Translations under genes and position numbers: made by a program
In this document: positions 37,218 through 46,570 of the stretch, in pieces
Layout: each line of letters begins with the position of its first letter
Position numbering within the stretch: the stretch's first letter is position 1
NCBI GenBank assembly: GCA_965203175.1
Contig: OZ241867.1
Coordinates: 5,152,001-5,216,000 of the forward strand
DNA length: 64,000 bases
Source: Candidatus Latescibacterota bacterium
GTDB taxonomy: Bacteria; Latescibacterota; UBA2968; UBA8231
Direction: 5' to 3'
The notes under the pieces: model-generated
What the model was told of the DNA's origin: nothing
The model's input: only the letters and a program-made list of their open reading frames with translations
Databases searched by the model: none

Positions 37218-38978
37218 ATGACCTCGCGCCCCAACATCGTCTTCGTCCTCACCGACGACCAAGGCTACGGCGACTTGGGCTGTCACGGCAACAGCGCGAT
37301 CCGCACGCCTTGCCTCGACCGCTTCCACCAAGACGCCGTGCGCTGCACCGACTACCACGTCGGCTCCACCTGCGCCCCCACCCGCGCCGGCCTGCTCACC
37401 GGCCACTACTGCAACAGCGCTGGCGTCTGGCACACCATCGGCGGCCGCTCGCTGCTGCGCGCCGACGAGTGGACCCTCGCGGACGCACTCACTGGCGCGG
37501 GCTACCGCACCGGGCACTTTGGCAAGTGGCACCTCGGCGACAGCCCGCCCTACCGGCCGCACGAGCGCGGCTTTGCCGAATCCATCTATCACGCTGGCGG
37601 CGGCATCGGCAACACGGGCGACCCTTGGGGCAACGACTACTTTGACGACACCTATTTCAAAAACGGCGTCCCCACCCCGTACGAGGGCTACTGCACGGAC
37701 GTGTTCTTCCGCGAGGGGCAACGCTTTATCGCAGAAAACGCCGACGGCCCCTTCTTCTGCTACATCGCCACCAACGCGCCGCACGGACCGCTCAACGTCG
37801 AACCGCACTACGTCGAACAATACCGCGACGCCACCCCACACGAAGAACGCGCCCGCTTCTACGGCATGATCACCAACATCGACGAAAACTTCGGTCGCTT
37901 GCAGACCACGCTCGACGAATTGGGCATCGCCGACAATACCATCCTCATCTTTATGACCGACAACGGCACGGCCACCGGCGTCGAGCTAGACGCCGATCAG
38001 TTCCCCCGTGAAGGGCCGGGCAGTTACAACGCCGGAATGCGCGGCAAAAAAGGCTCCCCGTACGAAGGCGGCCATCGCGTGCCCTTCCTCATCCACTATC
38101 CCAACGGGCATATCGCCGGCGGCCGCGACATCGACGCACTGACCAGCTACGTGGATTTCATGCCGACCCTGCTCGACCTGTGCGGAGTCGAAGTCTCGGC
38201 CGGCCGCACTTTCCACGGCCAGAGCCTGGTACCACTGCTGCGCGGCGCAGACGATGCTTTAGCTGACCGCGTCAACGTCTGCGACACTCAGCGCGTGGCC
38301 CATCCGGTCAAATGGCGCAAGAGTTCGGTGATGAAAGGCAAGTGGCGGCTCATCGACGGCCGCGCGCTCTACGACTTAGGCACGGATCCCGGCCAGCGTC
38401 AGGACATCGCCACTGAGCATCCTGACACCGTCGCCGACCTGCGCGCTGCGTACGATGCCTGGTGGGAGCTCATATCCGAGCAATTCGACCGCGACGAGCC
38501 GATTGCCTTGGGCGGGGACGACCAACCCGTCAAACTCACCACCCATGACATCCGCAATGAGGCGTGCAGCGCCGTCTGGAATCACCGTCAGGTCCGCACC
38601 GGGCAGATCACGAGTGGTTTTTGGGCCGTTGATGTCAAAGAAGCGGGCCGCTACCAGATTGAGCTGCGGCGCTGGCCCGAGGAAACCGGCTATGCGCTTG
38701 CTGCGGGGATCGAAGGCGACGACAGCGGCTGGTACCGCGCCGGCATTGAGTCGAAAAATGCTCCAGCCTACGAGGGCGGCGTCGCCCTCGCCCTCGGCTG
38801 GGCACAACTATCCATCGGCGGCCAGAATCTCCAGCAAGAAGTCGATCCTACTGCGACGAGCGCCTGTTTTGAGATCGATCTCGCCGCTGGCTTTGACCGA
38901 CTCTACGCCTCGTTCCACGACCACGCCGAGCGGACCATCGCCCCTTACTACGTGTACGTGCGGCGACTGTTTGAGTAA
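37218..38978 (+). CDS. Arylsulfatase (Cys-type)
   Basis: RPNIV..TDDQG, CAPTRAGLLTG, GKWHLG, TDNG, YEGGHRVP. Confidence 0.94.
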   Translation: MTSRPNIVFVLTDDQGYGDLGCHGNSAIRTPCLDRFHQDAVRCTDYHVGSTCAPTRAGLLTGHYCNSAGVWHTIGGRSLLRADEWTLADALTGAGYRTGHFGKWHLGDSPPYRPHERGFAESIYHAGGGIGNTGDPWGNDYFDDTYFKNGVPTPYEGYCTDVFFREGQRFIAENADGPFFCYIATNAPHGPLNVEPHYVEQYRDATPHEERARFYGMITNIDENFGRLQTTLDELGIADNTILIFMTDNGTATGVELDADQFPREGPGSYNAGMRGKKGSPYEGGHRVPFLIHYPNGHIAGGRDIDALTSYVDFMPTLLDLCGVEVSAGRTFHGQSLVPLLRGADDALADRVNVCDTQRVAHPVKWRKSSVMKGKWRLIDGRALYDLGTDPGQRQDIATEHPDTVADLRAAYDAWWELISEQFDRDEPIALGGDDQPVKLTTHDIRNEACSAVWNHRQVRTGQITSGFWAVDVKEAGRYQIELRRWPEETGYALAAGIEGDDSGWYRAGIESKNAPAYEGGVALALGWAQLSIGGQNLQQEVDPTATSACFEIDLAAGFDRLYASFHDHAERTIAPYYVYVRRLFE

Positions 38979-39015
38979 CACGGACTAGTTAGATTCTGCC
39001 AGTCAAAGAGAGCAG

Positions 39016-39879
39016 TCAGAGAATCTCAGAATCGAAATGGTGAACAACGCGCTCCAAATCGGACTTATTCTGTGCTGCAATAACCGAGCTCTGAGCAAAC
39101 GAAGACATGTTGACTCTGTCAATTTCCTCCGACTCTAATTGGAGCAAGCACTCTTTATCAGGAGTGCCGCGGATTGATATAGCAACGTCAGGGTCTACAG
39201 GAAGCCATTCAAAAGGATTGTCATCCATTGCTGAATTGCGAATTACAGCACAACTGCCTATAACGAATTTGACTTTTGGTTCGCAAATAACCCCGAAAAG
39301 CAAGCCATAGTTGCCAATGTAGCGTTCAATTTCTCCACTGAGTTGGGAAGGCAACCCAGCCGCAAAACGGGCTCGGTTGTTATGTACGATCTTCTTCTTG
39401 AGTTCTATCCATCGAGGATCTGAGCCGAACATGTGCCTATCAGGGACCGGTATGTCTTGGTTATTGAGCAATCGGCGATACGCTTCATAAACAGCATCAT
39501 CGACTCTCATTGCTCTCAGAATCTGTTGAGCATGTTTCGGATTTCGTAACACCATGTGAATAAAGAATCGCTTACAAGCCGCTCTATGTTCTGGAGACAA
39601 TTTGGGGAAACGATTCATTTTTACAGCCTTGATGATCTTGAGAATAGCAGGCTCAGCATCACTTTCAATTCTGCTAAGTCTCTCCTCAGCTTCCCAGTTG
39701 TCTCGTCGACCTCCATCTCCGTACTGGGTATTGAGATGGTTCACTTTAAATAAATCGCTGTTTTTGCGGAACTTTCCTGTGGTTCTGTCGAAAACCTGAA
39801 GCAATCCGCTATCATCTTTGAAATTTTTCAACAACATCCGTGGGATGTAATGATGTTTCTTTGACTGAGTAGTCTCCAT
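39016..39879 (-). CDS. DUF4238 domain protein
   Basis: N-terminal KHHYIPRMLLKNF, E..LS.IES; low GC. Confidence 0.75.
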   Translation of the reverse strand: METTQSKKHHYIPRMLLKNFKDDSGLLQVFDRTTGKFRKNSDLFKVNHLNTQYGDGGRRDNWEAEERLSRIESDAEPAILKIIKAVKMNRFPKLSPEHRAACKRFFIHMVLRNPKHAQQILRAMRVDDAVYEAYRRLLNNQDIPVPDRHMFGSDPRWIELKKKIVHNNRARFAAGLPSQLSGEIERYIGNYGLLFGVICEPKVKFVIGSCAVIRNSAMDDNPFEWLPVDPDVAISIRGTPDKECLLQLESEEIDRVNMSSFAQSSVIAAQNKSDLERVVHHFDSEIL

Positions 39880-39905
39880 CTATCTCCTAGCCTGAATTAC
39901 AACAG

Positions 39906-40157
39906 TTAAAACCTACCGCCCTTACCTTTTACAGAATCCAAATACAATGTATCAGGACATATATCTTGTCCATGAGGCCAAACAACGGTTCCATCCATTG
40001 CTTTTGCCTTCTTAAAGTAACTTTTATCCTGTAACTCTTGAAATACACCGAAATCCAATAATCCAGAACAGTCATAGAATCCCTGCTCTCCATTATCGAA
40101 AAGCAGCTTCAATTTATGCCCTTCTATTGCAGTGGCTTCTAATATTCTTGGATTCAT
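39906..40157 (-). CDS. DUF2442 domain protein (putative antitoxin)
   Basis: L.L.FDNGE, GVFQEL, GTVVWP.G.DICP.TLY. Confidence 0.85.
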   Translation of the reverse strand: MNPRILEATAIEGHKLKLLFDNGEQGFYDCSGLLDFGVFQELQDKSYFKKAKAMDGTVVWPHGQDICPDTLYLDSVKGKGGRF

Positions 40158-40438
40158 AAATCTTACCTCAAAGGGTCAATTTTATAGGGTTGTTGTCCAG
40201 ATACAGTAAGTTCCCAGTCTGCCACAAGTTCATCTTTGTGCAATTCAATCCACGCTTGTAAAAGTTTCATTTTTGAGTTCGGAATACTACCATCAAGAAC
40301 CTCTCCATCAGGTATTGCAACGATCACCTCTTGACCTTGATACTTAGCGTGTATATGTGGCCTATTGTGGCCTGCCCCCTTAAACCTGGACAGGTTTGGA
40401 TGTGAGTATTTTCTTGTTTCTTAACGAGGAGCATACTC

Positions 40439-40714
40439 ATGAAGCGCAAAGGGAGCAAATCTCGTACTGTCGAGCAAATTATCCGCATTTTGCGGCAGGC
40501 GGATGGCGGCCAAACGGTGGCCGAACTCTGTCGCGTGCATAACATCGCCGAAGGCACCTTCTATCGCTGGAAAAAGCAATACGGCGGTATGGATGTAGCC
40601 GATGCCAAGCGCTTGAAAGCGTTAGAAAAAGAAAACGCCGAGTTGAAAAAGATGCTGGCCGAAGCGATGCTGGATAATCGGGTGTTGCAAGCGATCAACG
40701 CAAAAAAATGGTAA
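40439..40714 (+). CDS. IS3 transposase OrfA
   Basis: HTH: EQII.IL...CR.HNI...TFYRWK..YGG; ends in an A7 slippery run. Confidence 0.93.
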   Translation: MKRKGSKSRTVEQIIRILRQADGGQTVAELCRVHNIAEGTFYRWKKQYGGMDVADAKRLKALEKENAELKKMLAEAMLDNRVLQAINAKKW

Positions 40715-41571
40715 GCCCGTCGCATAAAAAACGAGCCGTCCACTATGTCGCCGAACAGGGGATGTGCTCGACGCGGCGGGCCTGCCTTGTGGTCGGGCTG
40801 GCGCCCTCGAGTTATTATCATCGGCCGCAAGGCCCCACCGACCGGCGGCAGCGGCTGGAGCAGCGCATTATCACCTTGTCGAAACAGCATCCGCGCTGGG
40901 GCTATCGGCTTATTCATCAGCTCTTATGCCGCGAGGGTTGGACGGTCAATCGCAAACGCGTCCAGCGGGTGCGGCGGCAAGCCGGGTTAGGCGTACCACC
41001 GGTGGAGCGCCGGAAACGGTGCCCCCGGTCGGCGCGGCGCACTCCGGTGCAGGCGGCCTATCCCGGCCATGTCTGGTCATGGGATTTCATTTTGGATCGA
41101 ACCACCGACGGTCGGCCGGTGAAGATGCTGACGGTCGTAGATGAATATACCCGGCAGTGTTTGGTCATTCACCCGGCGCGTTCGATCCCCAGTGACCACG
41201 TGTTGGATACGCTTCAAGCGCTGGTCGAAGCGTGGGGCGCACCGGCGTTTATGCGCTCGGATAATGGCTCGGAATTTATCGCCCGACTCATTCAGGATTG
41301 GTGCGCTGCCGCCGACATCCAGACGCTGTATATCGAGCCGGGTAGCCCGTGGCAAAATGGCCTCATCGAAAGTTTTCATAGCCGTTTTCGAGCCGAGTGT
41401 CTTACGCCAGAAATCTTCTTTTCGATCGCCGAAGCCCGCGTCGTCGTGGAGGACTATCGGTGCCTGTACAACCAGCAACGACCCCATAGTAGCCTCGGAT
41501 ATAAAACACCCGATGAATTTGCCCAAGCCCTAAACTATCAGCCCGCCGAGACCCGGCCAACTCACATCTAA
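40708..41571 (+). CDS. IS3 transposase OrfB (DDE integrase core), -1 frameshift fusion
   Basis: WSWDF, VDEYTR, RSDNGSEF, PGSPWQNGLIESF, RPHSSLGY. Confidence 0.95.
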   Translation: MVSPSHKKRAVHYVAEQGMCSTRRACLVVGLAPSSYYHRPQGPTDRRQRLEQRIITLSKQHPRWGYRLIHQLLCREGWTVNRKRVQRVRRQAGLGVPPVERRKRCPRSARRTPVQAAYPGHVWSWDFILDRTTDGRPVKMLTVVDEYTRQCLVIHPARSIPSDHVLDTLQALVEAWGAPAFMRSDNGSEFIARLIQDWCAAADIQTLYIEPGSPWQNGLIESFHSRFRAECLTPEIFFSIAEARVVVEDYRCLYNQQRPHSSLGYKTPDEFAQALNYQPAETRPTHI

Positions 41572-41862
41572 AGTGATCCAAGCTTTGGGGGCCGCTCAAT
41601 TGTGCTGCCTATTGTCCATGAAATACATATAGACAATTATCCCATAAAACATAGATATCGCCGGCATTTATCCCCCCGTGCAATATAGCTTGTAAAAAAT
41701 TATTATACGTATACCTTGTCAATGGATAACTGCCCCACCCGTTAGCGCACCAGCAGCTTGCGCGTCTGTCTCTCACTTTCAGCTATACGATCCCGCAGCT
41801 ATCCGCTCTCATCACGTCCGGTAGCCGCTTCCGCATGCTGCCCTTTGAAGGTATAGCAATTC

Positions 41863-43383
41863 CTACTCCTTGTGAATCCACCCCCAAAACAGATTATCGC
41901 GCTCGTTCCCCGCCGCCAAGTATGTAGCCTTGAGCTGCGACAGCGCATCTCCAGCGTAGTCGGTCACAGGTCGGCCCTGCCCGTCCAGCGCGAGACCGTA
42001 TTGCCCAGCGGCGTTGATGCCGAAGATCGCGTTTTTCACCGGGCCGTCAGCCGGGCCAAGCGGCGCTAGATCGAGCTTATCCTGCAAGTCGGGTGGCAGC
42101 TCAATCCGGCGAAAGGCCTCAATCTGCCATTGCGGCGAACCAAACCAAATCGAATCCGTCCCCCACAACACGTGATCAACACCGAGGCCCTTGATCAACT
42201 TGGCCACCATAGCCGCGGCCAGGCGCGGATGCGTAATCGCCAGCGCCCCAAACGACAGGCCAATATCCGCGTACACATTCGACACCCCGTATTCAGCAGG
42301 GATGGCAGCCAACTCGTCGATCCAAGCCAGCCGCCCGGTGCGCTCAAATTCCTCGCTCACCGATTCGGCGTCCCGCCACATCTTCAAGCCCGCGTGATAG
42401 ATGTGGAAATTCAGGTCGGGCCACGCCGCTGCTGCGCCGCCTACGTCCTCGACGCTGGCGTATTGCCAGTTGGGTATGCTCTCGTAATCAACCGGCAATA
42501 CGCCCTTGTGGATACAGATGTTGGGCACGCCGAACTGGCGGGCCTTTTCGTAGGTAGGCCACGTTAGTTCTTCGTCATCTAGACGCCAAGGCCGGTCAAA
42601 GGTAGGGTGAAAACCCAGCACGTCGCCGATAGTGTAGCCCTTCCAAGAGTCCACCTTCAACTCCGTCGCCGCCGGTTCCATCAGTTCCAAGTATTCCGGC
42701 GCGCTCGGCCAGATGACCCCGTGGGCGAACATCCGCCGCGTGCCAGCGATCTCGTTGACTTGGTCGCGCGTGGCGACCATCTGCCGGTCGGACAACAGCG
42801 TCTTTTCGGGATCGACCGAGGGCGAGGTACTCAACAGCGAGAGCGTGGTGTCGCTGTCGAAAAACATGTCTTTGACGTAGTAATCGAACTTGTAGTACTT
42901 CAGGTCCAACTCCTGCTCCACCAGTTCTGGATTCCAAGGGGTGCGGGCTTGGTTGTTGCCCCGCGCCGCATCGCGCAGCCAGAGCTGGCCTTCCCAAGTG
43001 TAGTCCTCGCGCACGTGGTGGGTGTGGACGTCGAAGATAAACTGGTCGCGGGTCTGACTGCGCTGGTCGGCGGCAGCCTCGGGGTCTTCGGCCTCTGCCG
43101 GATTGACGCGATAGACATCGCCATAGACTTGATTCATCGCCATAAACGCCGCGGCCATGCCGCTGGGGGAGCGGAGATACCGCTGGCGGGGCATCCCCTG
43201 GCGACCCGCGTAGAAATCGGTCTTTTCTCGCATCAGCGCCTCGGCTTGGGCTTGGCGGCGAGACTGCGGCGGCGGGAAGCACTCGCCACTGGATACGACT
43301 TGGGTTGGAATGGGCGTCTCGACCTGCTTGCGGTAGCCGCGCTGCAAGTGCTGCAACTGTCTTGTGGTAAGCCAATCAGACAT
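41863..43383 (-). CDS. Amidohydrolase family protein
   Basis: FDVHTH, WKGY, CIHKG, IYHAG, LWGTDS. Confidence 0.85.
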   Translation of the reverse strand: MSDWLTTRQLQHLQRGYRKQVETPIPTQVVSSGECFPPPQSRRQAQAEALMREKTDFYAGRQGMPRQRYLRSPSGMAAAFMAMNQVYGDVYRVNPAEAEDPEAAADQRSQTRDQFIFDVHTHHVREDYTWEGQLWLRDAARGNNQARTPWNPELVEQELDLKYYKFDYYVKDMFFDSDTTLSLLSTSPSVDPEKTLLSDRQMVATRDQVNEIAGTRRMFAHGVIWPSAPEYLELMEPAATELKVDSWKGYTIGDVLGFHPTFDRPWRLDDEELTWPTYEKARQFGVPNICIHKGVLPVDYESIPNWQYASVEDVGGAAAAWPDLNFHIYHAGLKMWRDAESVSEEFERTGRLAWIDELAAIPAEYGVSNVYADIGLSFGALAITHPRLAAAMVAKLIKGLGVDHVLWGTDSIWFGSPQWQIEAFRRIELPPDLQDKLDLAPLGPADGPVKNAIFGINAAGQYGLALDGQGRPVTDYAGDALSQLKATYLAAGNERDNLFWGWIHKE

Positions 43384-43486
43384 GGTTCGGATCCTTTCTC
43401 GTGCCTGAATATACGCTACAATAGCCGTAGCGCATTAACCCGCCGCGTCTTATCTTCCCGCGCACACTTCACCCGGAGTATTCATC

Positions 43487-44488
43487 ATGCGCATCGGCAT
43501 CATGGGCGTCCACTACGGCCACATCGGCGGCATGATCCAATCCGCCTTACAGACAGCAAACGGCCAAATCGTCGGCTTGGTTGAAGACGACGACGCACTC
43601 TGCGAGCGCTACGCATCCATCCCCCGCTTCGCCACCTTGGAGGACATGATCGACCGCGCCCAGCCCGAACTGATCCTCGAAGGCTTGATCCACCACGAGA
43701 AAACCGCGCTCGTAGAAACCTGCGCCCGCGCTGGCATTCACCTGCTTCTCGACAAACCCCTGTGCCACTCGCTCGACGACTGGGAGCGCATGCGCCGCGC
43801 TGTCGCCTCTAGCGCGATTCACGTATCCATGTGGTTCACCTCGCGCAGCTATCCGCCTTTTATCGCCCTGCGCCAAGCCATCCTCGACGGCACGCTCGGG
43901 GCCATCGCCAGCCTCATCTCCACCCACCCGCACAAGATCCGCCGCGACACAGCCCCGGCCTGGTATTTCGACCCGGAGCAGTACACGGGCGCATTCCACG
44001 ACCTCGCTTGCCACGGCGTCGATCAAATCCGCTGGCTCACCAATGCCGAATGCGTCGGCGTCCACGCCCTCACCACCTGCAAGCGGTTCACAGATGAGCC
44101 GCGCTTAGACGACCACGTGCAGGCTTCCTTTGCGCTATCCGACGGCGCCCTGGCAACCCTCACCGCCGACTGGCTCACGCCCCAAGCCGCCCCCTCGTTT
44201 GGCGACACTCGCTTCATCATCATGGGCACGGCCGGCTCGGCACACCTGCGCGCCTATGCTGACAACCACCTACTCATCGCCACCAACGAGCGCGAGCCAT
44301 ACTCGCCCGATTTGCCCGCAGACCAAAGCGGCGCGTTCGTCGCCAACCTGATCGACGCCATTGAACGCGGCACCGACCTCTTCATCCCCACCCGCTCGGT
44401 GTTCGCTACGGCCCAAGCTTGCCTGATGGCCCAAGAATCCGCCCGGCAAGGAGGCGCGTTCCTCCGCATTCCACCCTTTGCGCTATGA
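43487..44488 (+). CDS. Gfo/Idh/MocA family oxidoreductase
   Basis: MRIGIMG..GH, DKPL, DLACHGVD. Confidence 0.85.
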   Translation: MRIGIMGVHYGHIGGMIQSALQTANGQIVGLVEDDDALCERYASIPRFATLEDMIDRAQPELILEGLIHHEKTALVETCARAGIHLLLDKPLCHSLDDWERMRRAVASSAIHVSMWFTSRSYPPFIALRQAILDGTLGAIASLISTHPHKIRRDTAPAWYFDPEQYTGAFHDLACHGVDQIRWLTNAECVGVHALTTCKRFTDEPRLDDHVQASFALSDGALATLTADWLTPQAAPSFGDTRFIIMGTAGSAHLRAYADNHLLIATNEREPYSPDLPADQSGAFVANLIDAIERGTDLFIPTRSVFATAQACLMAQESARQGGAFLRIPPFAL

Positions 44489-44497
44489 GTGATAACC

Positions 44498-45958
44498 ATG
44501 TCCACCGACCTCATCGACCCCAAAAAGCACCATCAGCTCTTTCTCGACAGCCGCGCCTTAGTCTCTGAGCAAGGCACCACCCGCACTTTGCATCCTCTGC
44601 AAAAGTGCGGCCCCTGCATCACCGGCGGAGTCCAGAGCCGCAGCGCGCCCTTGTGGAACCCGGACGAGGAGCGCTACGAATGGTGGTACAACGGCCCGCA
44701 AGCCCGCTTGGCCATCTCCCGCGACGGCGAGCACTGGGAACAGCCCTCCCTCGGGCTATACGAGTGTGATGGCAGCACAGACAACAACATCGCCTGCGAC
44801 CCCAACGGCCCGGGCCTGTACCACATCGTCCGCGACGAGCGCGACCCAGACCCGAACCGCCGTTACAAAGCCCTGTTCGGCGTCCACGGCCGCGGCGGTG
44901 CCATCTCGCCCGACGGCTTTGCTTGGACCCAGCTCCCCAGCTCCTCCATCCCCAGCCAAGATGAATCCCAGTTCGCGTACGACCCCTATACCGAACAATT
45001 TCTCGCCATGGTCAAGCAGCCCACCGAATGGGGCCGATCAGTCTGGCTGGCGACCAGCCGCGACTTCGACCACTTCACCGAACCCAAGCTCATCTTCCAC
45101 GCCGACGAAACCGACTGGGAAAACTGCCGCCAACGCGTCCGCACCATCGTCGACGACCCAGCGTACATCACCCCGCCGCTCGTCGATGACGAAGACTACC
45201 ACGCCGAGATCTACAACATGGCCATCATGCCCTATCAGGGGCTGTACATCGGCTTCCCCACCGTCTTCAACCCCTTCGGCGCCATCCCGCCGCCGGCTAC
45301 CAATTTCACCCGCATCAACCAGATCGAAATGGCAGTCTCGCGCGACCTACGCACCTGGGACCGCGTGGCCGACCGCACGCCCTTTATCAGTATCGAACCT
45401 TGGGATGGGGAAAACTACGGCACCAGTCAGCTCCTGATGGCCGGTGCGCCGCTGGTGCGCGAAGACGGTGAGATTTGGGCTTACTACAACGCCCTCCGCA
45501 TACCGGGCAGCGTGGAAATGTACCAGCGCTTCAACCGCTGCAAGGAGCTATTCCGGCTCGGGGTGGATGAGCGCCACTTCGCCGACCCAGGCGCACTCTG
45601 CTTGGCCAAGCTGCCGCCCGACCGCTTCGTCTCCATCGACGGCGACGAAATTGCCACCCTCGTCACCCAGCCCTTCCACTGGCGCGGCGAAGACCTCTAC
45701 CTCAACGCCGACGCCCGCTGGGGCGAAATCTACGCCGAGATCCAAGACGCCGAGACCGGCAGGCCCCTCCCCAGCTTTTGGGTACCTGGGGAAAAACCGA
45801 CGCCCTTCACCGGCGACAGCCTGCGGGCCAAATACGAGTGGAAGCACCCGCACGATCTGGTATTTGAAAAACCAGTGCGCCTGAAGTTCTACTTGCACCA
45901 AGCGCGGCTATACGCCTACTGGCTCGAAGACCGCAACGATCCACGACGTGCTGAATAG
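44498..45958 (+). CDS. Hypothetical glycoside-hydrolase-like beta-propeller protein (paralogous to 1769-3217)
   Basis: HQLFLD, SRDGEHW/SPDGFAW/SRDLRTW, YLNADA, PVRLKF..ARLYA. Confidence 0.65.
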   Translation: MSTDLIDPKKHHQLFLDSRALVSEQGTTRTLHPLQKCGPCITGGVQSRSAPLWNPDEERYEWWYNGPQARLAISRDGEHWEQPSLGLYECDGSTDNNIACDPNGPGLYHIVRDERDPDPNRRYKALFGVHGRGGAISPDGFAWTQLPSSSIPSQDESQFAYDPYTEQFLAMVKQPTEWGRSVWLATSRDFDHFTEPKLIFHADETDWENCRQRVRTIVDDPAYITPPLVDDEDYHAEIYNMAIMPYQGLYIGFPTVFNPFGAIPPPATNFTRINQIEMAVSRDLRTWDRVADRTPFISIEPWDGENYGTSQLLMAGAPLVREDGEIWAYYNALRIPGSVEMYQRFNRCKELFRLGVDERHFADPGALCLAKLPPDRFVSIDGDEIATLVTQPFHWRGEDLYLNADARWGEIYAEIQDAETGRPLPSFWVPGEKPTPFTGDSLRAKYEWKHPHDLVFEKPVRLKFYLHQARLYAYWLEDRNDPRRAE

Positions 45959-46120
45959 GAATCTGCACCGCGTCGAGAACTACCGCCACGGCTGCACAGC
46001 ACCGACAGCGAGATTTCCTCGCTGCTACGTGCCTTGACCTGCTTTTGCAGTACTAGAAATTCGTAGGGTTGGATTTGTGGAAGTACGGTAACACTCGCTT
46101 CTGTACGGTAACAGTTTCGG

Positions 46121-46462
46121 CTAGCCCGAAAAGACCTTAACGGCCACCGTCCCGAGCAAGCCCATCATCGTCGCCCACATGCCGATCATCGTGCCGATCA
46201 GCCAGCGAAAGTCCCGGCGGTGGCTATCCTCTAAGAGGTCTATCCGACGCTCTAAATCGCTCCGCAAGCTGCCCATCTGGGCCTCTAAATCGCTCCGCAA
46301 GCTGCCTATCCGGGCCTCTAAATCGCTCTCTAAGCTGCTCATGCGACCTTCTAAGCTGCTCATGCGACGCTCCAAGCTGCCTAAGCGGTCGTTGATCTGC
46401 TCAATGATGCCTTCGAGGCGACCAAGGCGGTCGCCGTAGTCGAGGGGAGAACGTTCTACCAT
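46121..46462 (-). CDS. Small coiled-coil protein with C-terminal TM helix and internal 21-/33-bp repeats
   Basis: RMSSLE x2, LRSDLE repeats; hydrophobic tail WLIGTMIGMWATMMG. Confidence 0.7.
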   Translation of the reverse strand: MVERSPLDYGDRLGRLEGIIEQINDRLGSLERRMSSLEGRMSSLESDLEARIGSLRSDLEAQMGSLRSDLERRIDLLEDSHRRDFRWLIGTMIGMWATMMGLLGTVAVKVFSG

Positions 46463-46570
46463 GCCTGCGATCTCTTCCTTGGTAGGTTAATGTACTCGCC
46501 GATGGGCACCTCTTCAATAGCAAGAACCCGCTATTCGGCAAAAGCAAAACGCAGACCAGAAGCACTATCC

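Larger units (their letters stand above)
40368..41598 (+). mobile_element. Complete IS3-family insertion sequence (1231 bp)
   Basis: TG...CA ends; imperfect inverted repeats TGGCCTGCCCCCTTAAACCTGGA / TGAGCGGCCCCCAAAGCTTGGA; 4-bp ATTG target duplication at 40364-40367 and 41599-41602. Confidence 0.95.
40163..41667 (-). pseudogene. DUF4160 (putative toxin) gene split by IS3 insertion
   Basis: 41667-41599 encodes MPAISMFYGIIVYMYFMDNRQHN; 40363-40163 encodes RPHIHAKY...IDPLR*; the halves join in frame (89 aa) after removing the IS and one ATTG. Confidence 0.9.

Noticed and set aside
41720-41750. Possible integron attC (CTAAC...GTTA on the minus strand)
   Set aside because: Too short, lacks L boxes and proper RYYYAAC/GTTRRRY complementarity, and no integrase is in the window
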